A DNA stretch of 64,000 nucleotides. Origin: an uncultured Candidatus Peribacteria bacterium. GTDB lineage: Bacteria; Patescibacteriota; Gracilibacteria; Absconditabacterales; Absconditicoccaceae. Of this stretch, positions 13,384 through 23,309 are shown in pieces. Numbering within the stretch: position 1 is the stretch's first letter; each line of letters begins with the position of its first letter. The translations under genes and the position numbers were made by a program. The DNA lies in contig CAYQLB010000003.1 of NCBI GenBank assembly GCA_964418415.1, positions 12,618-76,617 of the forward strand, given 5' to 3'. The notes beneath the pieces are model-generated. The model worked only from the letters and a program-made list of their open reading frames with translations, had not been told where the DNA came from and made no database searches.

Positions 13384-13752
13384 TTAATTTTTTGTTAGGA
13401 TTTTTTTGGCTTTAGTTATGAAATTATTGAGTTTAACTGAAAGAATATCTAAATTATGTATAAATTGGGTATATTCATATTCGGATAATAGATTCCTATC
13501 GTGTAACGTTTCTATCCAATGTTTGCTTTCCTGTAAAGATCATCTTGCAGTATAATAGAATTTTATAGAATCTAAATAATGAAACCTTCCAAATCATTCA
13601 GCAATATTTGCTCAAATACTATCAATAGCCCTTACAAATTGACTTCACAGTATCTTTTTGAGATCAAAGTTAAGTCTCTTATAGATATGTCGTGCTTTTT
13701 TTCCTAATGTACGAGCGATACTATAAATTTCCAGATCAGCGATTCATTTCAT
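13384..13752 (-). CDS. four-helix-bundle protein (TIGR02436 / 23S rRNA IVS protein family, Avd-like)
   Basis: MKGIADLEIYSIARTL..SQFVRAIDSIGANIAEGFGRFHY..YTARGSLQESKHWIETL matches the family signature (SxxSNIAEG, ARGSxxE). Five in-frame TGA. Confidence 0.75.
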
Positions 13753-14172
13753 TCTACAATTCATTACACGAAGTAAATTACAATTCATTACATCCGCGTC
13801 AGCGGATACATTACATATCCAATTTCGATGTCAGTATAATGTTTTCCTTGACAGTGTCAAATCATTTTTGACAAAATCAATCATATTTTTGACAAGCATA
13901 GAGAATGTAGTTCTCCATATAACAAAAATCTCTTGATTTTCTAAAATAATTCATTAAAATTGATTTTGTTGATGAGAAAGAACTCAAAAAAACGATTTGC
14001 TTGTCATGTACGATTGATGTCGTAATCGGTGAATCGATAGAGGAATTTGCTCGTAATGCATTGTAATGATTCCTTCGGAATGTAATGATTAGTAATGTTC
14101 ATTACGCCGTAGGCACATTACGCTGCAAGCACATTACCGTAAATTAGTTTTATACTATTATAATAAAATATC

Positions 14173-15261
14173 ATGACAACCAAGAAGCAAGAGTTACAGG
14201 AAGCGTTCAAAAGTATTGAGAAGCAATTTGGAAAAGGTGCTATTATGAGAATGGGAGACAATGCCAACGTAGGATTAGTGAATACATTCCACAGCGGATC
14301 CTATGTATTAGACTTGATTTTGGGAGGATGATATCCTGAAGGAAGAGTCGTAGAAATTTACGGACCGGAATCTTCAGGTAAGACTACTATTGCATTACAC
14401 GCGATTGCAGAGATTCAAAAGAGAGGAGAGACATGTGCATTTATCGATGCAGAGCATGCACTCGATCCACAGTATGCAAGAAAACTCGGTGTGGATGTTG
14501 ATAATTTATTACTTTCACAACCAGATTTCGGAGAACAAGCTTTGCAGATCGCTGAAGAATTAGCAAAGACAGGCGCAATTAGATTGATTGTCATAGATTC
14601 TGTAGCAGCTTTGGTTCCTAGAGCTGAAGTGGAAGGTGATATGGGAGATTCTTATATGTGATTACAAGCAAGGATGATGTCACAATGACTCAGAAAATTA
14701 TCATGAGTATTAGCAAAGACATGAACTACATGTATCTTCATCAATCAGATTCGTATGAAAATTGGTGTGATGTTTGGTAATCCAGAAACGACTCCTGGAG
14801 GTAATGCACTCAAATTCTTTGCATCTCAGAGGGTAGAGATTCGTAGAGGAGATAAATTATTGCAAGACAAAGAACAAATAGGGTATTTAGCTAAAATCAA
14901 GATAGCAAAAAACAAAATATCTGCACCGTTCAAGACAGCAGAATTGCCTGTGAAGTGGGGGATAGGATATGATAAAACCGCAGATATTGTAGAATCAGCG
15001 ACAGCACTTAAGTTGATAGATAAATCATGAGCGTTCTATACCTTTGGTAAACAAAAATTCCAAGGGAAAGAAAAGTTTATAGCTGCTTTGGATTCTGATG
15101 AAAAAACAAGAAGTAGTATCGAAAAAGATATTCAGAATAAAATCAAAGAAATGAGAATGGGTAAAAAAGTTCTCGATGATGAAGCATTGATCGCTGTAGA
15201 AGCAGAAGTAGAAGAAAATGCAGCTGAAGCATTAGCTGAAGCTGGTGAATTAATAGCTTAA
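14173..15261 (+). CDS. recA: recombinase RecA
   Basis: [29 protein letters not shown].., Walker [34 protein letters not shown] 14329-14331 is the third Gly of LGGG-YPEGR. Six in-frame TGA, TAA 15259. Confidence 0.97.
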
Positions 15262-15325
15262 TAAATTTCTTACATAACAATAATATTCTTTGCTACTATG
15301 ATACATATATACCAGCTATAAAAAA

Positions 15326-15351
15326 ACCTCTGCAGCAACCAGAGGTTTTTT
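15326..15351. terminator. rho-independent terminator between convergent recA and CHAP genes
   Basis: Stem acctctg / cagaggt with an A-run upstream and a T-run downstream. Confidence 0.7.
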
Positions 15352-15371
15352 GTTATGTAAATATGTTACTA

Positions 15372-16682
15372 TTATACTTCGAGACTAAATTCACCTATTT
15401 TTGTTTCATCAATAGTGATAATAATGGATGCTTTTCCTGCTTGTTGTGCAAGAATAGCGATATCCATTTTACCGTTATTGATGATCTTTATATTAGAGAT
15501 GTCCGGTTTAAAAGTATCATTTGTTGAAAGTACCGTGAATGCAAATGGTAGTAGTCCTGAATATTTTTCTCATGTTTTTTTATCAGTGACTTCTATAATT
15601 AAAGAAGCCATTTCGCCGAATTTTAGTGGTGAATTAGTGACTAAATGGATAATGAGATTATTTTGTGTGAGAAAATGTTGAGCGATATCACTGAGGTCTT
15701 CCAAATTAAGTATAAGATCTTTATTGATAGATGTCTGGGGTAATATAATCGGTGTAGTTGGTAAAGTTGGTGTTGTTGGTAAAGTTGGTGTGGTTGGTAG
15801 AGTTGGTGTAGTTGGTAGAGTTGGTGTAGTTGGTAGGGTTGGTGTGGTTGGTTGAATTGGTGTAGTTGGTAGGGTTGGTGTGGTTGGTAGGTTTGGTTTA
15901 GTTGATTGAGTTGATGTAGTTCCTGTATTTTGACTACCTGTATTAGTTATTGGATGTATAGTATCTTCATCATCTTCATCAGTAGAGGTGTTTTTATTGT
16001 TATAAATATAGCATTTCACCTGTGCTGTGGTAAGGTCATCTCGACGATCAGACATTTTTCCTCTACCTACCCAAGCCATATCTCTGACAATGATTTTTTT
16101 CATAGATTTGTCGTAGTGAAGAACTTTGCCTACATGTCCGTATACTCAAAATCTACCTCAAGCATCATAGACAATCAATGCTCATTGAACTGGAGTTGTA
16201 CCTATTTTATATCAGGTTTCAGCAGCATTTTTACATCGATCTACAGCATTCCCTCACCATGTTCTTTGTTGGGTATTGTCATCGATAAATGGAAAAAATT
16301 CAGGAGAAATTCTCGCTGCTCCGTAGGTACAATATCATTTGGTGAATGTATTTTCTATATCCATACTCATATCCCATATAGAGATAATATTTCCTTGTTT
16401 GAGTGAGGTGCCTGGGTTTTTCATAGCTTCCACTAATGCTTGTGATACTTCACTACTATTGTTTCTATAGAGTTCTTCACTATATCCGGTAAGATTAGCA
16501 AAAAGTCGAGATCAAGAGATTAAGGTTAATAGTACGACCCCCATAAGTTCACCAACATGTATCAGGTGATGATGGAAATATTGATGGATATGAAAAATCT
16601 TATGCACATGTCTGTGTATGTGTTTTTTGATATGATTATGTATTCTGTGGTGAAGAGCTACGTGCTTCTTTATTTTTTTCAT
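15372..16682 (-). CDS. CHAP-domain peptidoglycan hydrolase with His-rich N-terminus and PT-repeat linker
   Basis: ATG at 16682, TAA at 15372-15374. CHAP Cys box FTKGYCTYGAARI and His box GVYGHVGKVL. Eight TPTLPT repeats. The C-terminal ~110 aa is an unknown domain. Confidence 0.85.
15751..15895 (-). repeat. 8 x 18-bp in-frame tandem repeat encoding (TPTLPT)n
   Basis: ggtgtagttggtaRRgtt units read directly. They translate on the minus strand to PTTPTL repeats. Confidence 0.9.
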
Positions 16683-16808
16683 GGCACGATAAAGGCTAAA
16701 GCGAGTAAACGTTCAAACGCATAAATGATGCAATATTTGTGTATACAGTATCATTTAGTCGCTCTATCGTTTAGTCCTTAAGTAATTATAGTCACAGAAG
16801 TCAGTTTT

Positions 16809-17008
16809 GTCAAATTTCAAACGACTTTTTTAAAGGAATGAATTTGACTCATCATTCAATGAAAAATACTGAAACATATTTTTCAAGAATGAAGTAGTCA
16901 AATTTCAAGGGACTTTTTTAAAGGAATGAATTTGACTCATCATTCAATGAAAAATACTGAAACATATTTTTCAAGAATGAAGCAGTCAAATTTCAAGGGA
17001 CTTTTTTG
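16809..17008 (+). repeat. 88-bp intergenic tandem repeat, 2.3 copies
   Basis: Units start at 16809, 16897 and 16985 (gtcaaatttcaaRSgacttttttaaaggaatgaatttgactcatcattcaatgaaaaatactgaaacatatttttcaagaatgaagYa). Each unit contains the inverted repeat gtcaaatt..aatttgac. Confidence 0.9.
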
Positions 17009-17085
17009 TTTGAATTACTTGGGCAAAAAGTTACAAGTTAAAAGGTTAAAAAGTTAACCTTTCAAACTTTCAAAACGTGTAACCT

Positions 17086-18213
17086 ATGAATAAACATATC
17101 CTCTTCGTCTTGGACTATTATCTTCCTCATAAAGGCTGATCAGAAACAGTGTTTGAAGCTATTATTTCTCGTTTACTAACAAAAGGATATACGGTATCTG
17201 TTTTGACGAGTCACTTCGATTCAGCATTGCCGCGTGAAGAAAAGAAAGAGAATTTTCATATATATAGGATCGGCAAAGGAAGAATCAGTTTTATGGTTGG
17301 GGCGTTGAGTAAAGGAATAAAAATTTTAAGAAAACATAAAGATATTGCACTTATCCATACGAGTACCTATGGAGGAGCAATCCCTGCTTCATTGCTCGGA
17401 AAATTGTTTCATAAGAGAGTGATTTTGACCGTTCATGAGGTGTTTGGGAAACTTTGGAATCAATATAAAGGATGGCGAAAAGCTTGGTTGTATAGGATAT
17501 TCGAACGTGCTGTGTTTCGATTCCCGTATAGCACGTATCATTGTGTATCGTATTATACTATGAATGCACTCAGAATGATGTACGGCATTCCAGACAAGAA
17601 GATCAGGATGATTCACAATGGCGTAGATACGGCATTCCGAAATCCCGATGAAGTTCCTGCTTTTGATGGTAAAACACGAAGAAATGAACATGGTCGAAGT
17701 AATCGTTTCGTGGTAACCTATTATGGTCATGCAGGCAAATCAAAATGACTCGATTATTTGGTTCGTGCCTTACCTGAGTTGGTTACTGTAGATGCTCAGC
17801 TCCTTTTTGTTTTCAATCTCATAGATTCCAAAAGAACACAATATATCAAAGAAAAAATAAGGAAATATCATCTCTGATCTTCTGTTCAGATATTTGATGG
17901 TTTCGAGAAAGAACAGCTCCGCACATTGATTTCAGCTTCTGATATGATCGTGGCGCCATCTATCTCTGAAGGATTCTGATCCGTACATACCGAAAGTGTT
18001 GCGATGAAAAAACCGTTATTGACAACCTATATAGCATCTATTCCAGAAGTTGTACGAGGAAATGTAAGATTTATCTCACCTACATCCAAAAGAGACATAA
18101 TCCAGGCTATCCTTGAACGTGAGGAATGGATTGATAATCCGGACTACTTCATTCCGCACAAGGAATTTTCACGAAATGAAACGGTAAAAGAACTGATTAC
18201 ACTCTATCGTTAA
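17086..18213 (+). CDS. glycosyltransferase family 4 (GT-B, Glycos_transf_1)
   Basis: MNKHILFVLDYYLPHKGG.. N-terminus. C-terminal E-x7-E region is APSISEGFGSVHTESVAMKKPLL. Track ORFs 17149 and 18004 are in one frame, joined by TGA. Confidence 0.85.
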
Positions 18214-18274
18214 AAAAAAAACTAGGTACGAGGCATAAGGAACAAGGTCCAATATGTACGTCCTAGTTTTTTGA

Positions 18275-21200
18275 TTATTTTTTGTTGCTGTTATAAATAA
18301 ACTCTTTTACATCATCTAAACTGCTGAAATATCTTTCACTAGTGAATGTATAAGATGAATATCTACCATTAATATCCTTGAAGAAATAGAAAACCTTTTT
18401 ATTCGGTGCAGTGAATGGTGATGTTTGCCATATTCCATCGATGCGCGCATTTTTCCATCGAGCTAAGATAGGTTTAGCATTCGCATATTGTGATCCTGCA
18501 GGATTATTGATATCGATGATATATTTTAATGTATCCAAGGTAGGGAAATATTTAGGCACTACGAAATTCGTCGAAGTGAACCGTTGTGTTGCGCTATCAT
18601 AGGTGATAGTGTATCTTTTACCATTAGGCGCGGTATAGACACCATTATTGATTCGATCCATAATATCTATTCCTTCTTCGCCGAATTCATCGCTTTCATA
18701 ATATTCGTCAGCGAGATCATAGAGGTATTTCAATGCTTGCCATTCTGTATCATCTTCATCGTCGATATCATCCATTTTCTCTTCGAGCATAAGCATAAGG
18801 GTATTGAAGAATTCTTCTTCTTTGTCTCCTGCATAGAGATCTCTTAATGTTTCGAAGAGATAGACAACAATAAGTTTCTCAGTGTTTGAAAGATCAGTAT
18901 CGATATCGTCATAATCATCATCTACATCATCATCTTCTTCTTTGGTGGTAACTTTGAAAGTATCTGACTTACTATCGATAGTCAGCGTGCTTTCCACGGA
19001 ATCATCATATTCATCGCTTGAGATAAGCTCTATTTTTACTGTCCATCCATTCTGTACATATCACGTAGTTCCTACAGCATTTCCGCTGATGTAGAGCATT
19101 CCTCTATTAATGATTGCAAGTACTTGTGTTCCTGTAGAAAGACCACTGATAGTAATAGTATTAGACATATACGTTTCATCAAGGTCAGCATCATCGATAT
19201 CATTGAATGAAAATGTATTTGGTGTTGTATCCAATATTCCGCTATAGATAAATGATGATGTTGTGGAATATCATGAGTTTCCAAGATTATCTGTCGCTGT
19301 GACATACCGGTAATATACTCAATTGCTGAGAGTAAGGTTAGGTATGGTAGCTTGAGTAGTTGTTGTTGTAGATCACGATCGTCTGATAATAGTGAATCCT
19401 GTAGTATCTGATACATAATATCTATATCAAGAAATTCCCACCGCATCACCAACACCTGATCGGCTGAGAACAACATTTCCACTTACACTAGCTCAACTGA
19501 GTGGACTGCTAAGTGTAGGAGAGATAACCGTAGTGTCTAGATATACAGAGAGAGATGGAAGAGTTACCGTATCTCCAGAAGTATTCTCTAGAGAAAGCTG
19601 TACGGTTTTAAGTCCATCATTTCCCGTAAGTTGTGGATTAACAATAATATGTCAGGAGATAAGTCCTCCAGTAATACTATTTACTATATCAGATCATGTG
19701 ACTAGATATTTGTATGGTTGATTAGCTCGAAGATCTATTGAAGCATATGCTTTGACATATCGGTATGGCGTAACGTAATAACGATTTGTTCCTGTCAGTA
19801 CTGCTTGTCCTGAAAGTGGTGTGGTGATCATAAACGGTAAGATTTGGCTCATACCTGTGTTTCCTGCACGATCTGTGATAATAACATATCGGGTATAATC
19901 CAAAGCATTATTCATAGTATGTATAGTATATCCTGTATTTGTTGTTGTGATAGTGTGTTGATAACTTCAGGTTACATACAAAGTATACCCAGAAATTGCT
20001 GTTTCATCGAAGCCTGTCCATGAAAACGCAATATTGTTAGTTCCGGTGATATTGAGTCCGCTCGTAGGATAATTTGCCGTAACTGATGGATTCGTCATAT
20101 CTATAGTAAAGATCATCCCCGTAGAATTATCAGCAAGATCGTAGACAGTAAATATATAGGTTCATTCTGAACTCACTATTTCCCCATCAGTAAAGTTTCC
20201 ACTATAATAGGAAATATTCATTCCACTAACTATAGCTCCAGAAATATACAAATCATTAAAATTGATAGTAATTCATGTGTTGTAGTAACCTCCACTGATG
20301 ACATTACCGGATATTAATGACCCTAATGTAGTGCCGGTAAATACAGGTTTAATTTTATCTATAGTAAAGGTTATTCCTGTGGTATTTCCTTCATTATCTT
20401 CCAAAACGAAAGTATAGGATCCATCTCAAGTAATGAGGGCATTATTAGTATATGGAGTACTGTTTAATAGAGCTCATGAAATATTAAGTCAGGTGAACGC
20501 TATCCTGATTCCGGTATTATAATATCCACCATTAGTAATAATAGTTCCTGATTGTGTTGTTCCTGTAAAGTATAATCATGGTGTTCAAAATGAGAAGAGT
20601 TTAAGTGTTCCATTGGTAGAGAAAATACATTCAAGAGATGTATTTAATATACATCAAGAATCTATTGTATTTGGTGACCATGTGTTTCCGTCGATTGATT
20701 TTAATATACTAAGATATTGTCCTATAGTTCATGATAAGACTTGATAATATATCGTTCCTGTTCCTTCATTCATAGTAAGATAGGTTGATCCAGAAATTAC
20801 CTCTATAGTATCAAAAAATGTTGTAATCAATTGTGCTGATCATACATCTCATGTTGTTGCTAATTTGATTCCTGTAGTTATTTTTGTCGGTATATATACT
20901 GTACCATCTCGGTTAGCTCCAGAAATAGTAAATGAAGTACTTCAGTGTATTTCAAAATTTGTTGCTAAACGTAGATGATCAAAATAGATAGGGAATGTTC
21001 ATCCTATAGATAAAATGTTTCATGTTAATTTTGCAGAATTTAATCCTTCAATTCGTATATCATTATTTTGTGTGTAAGTGTCATAAGTAGTATATTGAAA
21101 AGATCAGTAGGCATTAGATTCAATAATGCCATTATCTCATGAAAAATAAATTATTCTATTTCACGTGGAATTTTGCATTAATATATTCCATCATCAAATT

Positions 21201-22909
21201 CAATAAACGATAGAATTCATAATGTTGTTATTATTGCTATTATCCAAGAATATTCATTGACCGCCGTTTCATGATAATATGCTTCAAGAGATAATATTTG
21301 CACTTGATCATGTAAAGACTATTCCTTCATTATAATTGCTGTTTATGACAGAATTTATGATTTGGGTATTGTTTGAGGTGTCTAATGTTATTCAATTATC
21401 TTCATTACTTGATAAATTACATGAATCAATAATAGTTCAAGAAGAAAAAGAAAGTAAAATACCATTACCATTAAAACCAATAAGTCCATTATTATTGAAG
21501 GTTGAATACATGATATTATTACTTGTTCATGTTTCAATCACTATTCAGACTCTACTGTTATATGTACTAGTAGAATGAGTGATGGTATTGTAATCACTAT
21601 ATGACATATATACTCCATGTCCCATATTTCCTGAAATTATTGCTCAGCTTATCGTATTATCAGATGAATTGGAAGTGAATACGATTCCATTTTTGGAATT
21701 GTTACTGATGTTTATAGATGTGAAGATATTGTCCATTGAATCATCAAGATATAATCATCCTTCATTGCTGTTTGAGACGATAATCATTCATGTATTGTTG
21801 TTTGAGTTATAGAAATGTACTCATGCATAATAATTTCCGTAGACATAGATTCACATCAAATTATTACTTGAAGAATTGTTGAAATATACTCACATAGCAT
21901 TTGCACTATTATTGGCAGTGATATCAATAAATGTATTATTGTTGGAATTATACGTAGATACATTGTGGTCTGTGTTGTTATAGGAATCTACATTAGTGAA
22001 TGAACTATTACTTATTCATTGTAAGGATACCCCTTTTCATATGTTTGATGAAATATCTATATCAAGAAAATTGTTATAGGATCATGTTAATAGTGATACT
22101 CCATGGGTATTATTGTTGCTATTTATACCACTAAATACGCTGTAGTTTATATTGTTAAATGCAATTCCATATACACTATTTTGATATGTTTGTACATTAT
22201 TCATGAAAATGTTGCTTACATTAAGACCCACTATTCCATTTGAATTATTGTGGAGTTGTGTATTTATAATATCCATATAAGATACTCCAGAAATGAGAAT
22301 GCCATATGCATTATTTGATCATGTCGTATTTTTATACGCTTGGAAATCTCTTACGGTTGTATTCATGCCGCCATCGAGGTAGATTCAGAAATGTCATTCG
22401 TTGTTCCCGTCTACTCTTATTTTTTCAATAATGATATGTTTGTTTCCATTACCTTTGATGATGGCTGGATTGGTCGTATTACCTGAAAGTGTGACTATTC
22501 CCGAACTAATCAATGCTACACAATCGTTGAGTGTAATCGGAGCTGTTACATCATAAATGTCAGAATCTATCACATAGATAGTGTTTGCTACGGTTGAAGT
22601 GGGAATCGTTCATGTGAATTCTACTGTCATTCATCCGTTCAAGCATGAACCAGAATTGTATCCTGTCCAATGCTGTGTATATGCGGTGTTTTCATCACCG
22701 CTTCCATAGAGCGCTCGGATGATATCATCATCAGTCGGTGCATTATCCCAAAATAATCAGCTGAGATAATTGGAATTATCTCGTGTGATAGTTCCTACCG
22801 TCCGTGTTGCTGCATTCGCGAAGAATGCATAGATTCACAAGAAAATCCCCATAGCGATAAAGAGGATGCTCATGAATTTTGAAACGGTTGATTGTTGTGT
22901 GTGTTCCAT
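18275..22909 (-). CDS. giant surface protein (1544 aa): signal peptide, Asn-rich parallel beta-helix repeats, Fn3/Ig-like modules, acidic tract, C-terminal domain
   Basis: ATG at 22909 (MEHTQQSTVSKFMSILFIAMGIFLGIYAFFANA). There are ~20 repeats of the type NNxxNGIxxxxSxNNxI (pectate-lyase/NosD-like). Fn3 signatures are VVLSWSGVGDAVGISGYRYYV and GVYYWYVTATDNLGNSG. An acidic run EEDDDVDDDYDDIDTD is present. Track ORFs 18275, 19694, 22082 and 22835 share the frame. I checked 18995-19500 codon by codon. Confidence 0.8.
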
Positions 22910-22949
22910 GATATGGTTGAAATGATAAATGATAATTTGGGCTACGCCC

Positions 22950-23083
22950 GTAATGAGACTTTGTCGGTAATGTGTCCTATCGGACGTAATGAATTGTAAT
23001 AGACCTTGAGTCGTAATTGGTAATTGATTACGCGACCAAAGGGAGCAAATTACGCGAAGCTCATTACATCGAAGATTTGTTAC
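22950..23083. repeat. GTAATG...CATTAC mini-hairpin array in a divergent promoter region
   Basis: GTAAT(G/A/T) at 22950, 22967, 22986, 22996, 23013 and 23020. Orientation then switches to (C/A)ATTAC at 23027, 23048 and 23062. The spacers are small palindromes (gac ttt gtc, gtcc tatc ggac). Confidence 0.8.
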
Positions 23084-23309
23084 ACGAACGCAGTGAGTCA
23101 TATACTATTATATACGCAGAATTGAAAATTGCGAAATGTGTCCTATTCTGATATATATTCAACTTGCTTTTTTTATAAAAAGTTATGAAATATGTTAACA
23201 TACAAAACCATTGAAACGTCGAGGGAAAAACGTATTTACAATACAATACCATGTATGATGTGAAATACATAGTATAAAATATTTTTTTAGCATATGTAGT
23301 GATATTATT

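Noticed and set aside
13384-13752. Avd-like genes as evidence of a diversity-generating retroelement in the window
   Set aside because: No reverse transcriptase ORF and no template/variable repeat pair is detectable in 64 kb. Only the accessory-protein family is present.
16809-17008. 88-bp repeats as a CRISPR array
   Set aside because: The units are directly abutting with no unique spacers. The unit length is far above CRISPR repeat size, and there are no cas genes in the window.
22910-23101. In-frame N-terminal extension of the beta-helix protein (track ORF 22835-23101)
   Set aside because: The extension runs through the GTAATG/CATTAC repeat array and encodes Arg/Cys-rich nonsense. ATG 22909 gives a classical signal peptide.
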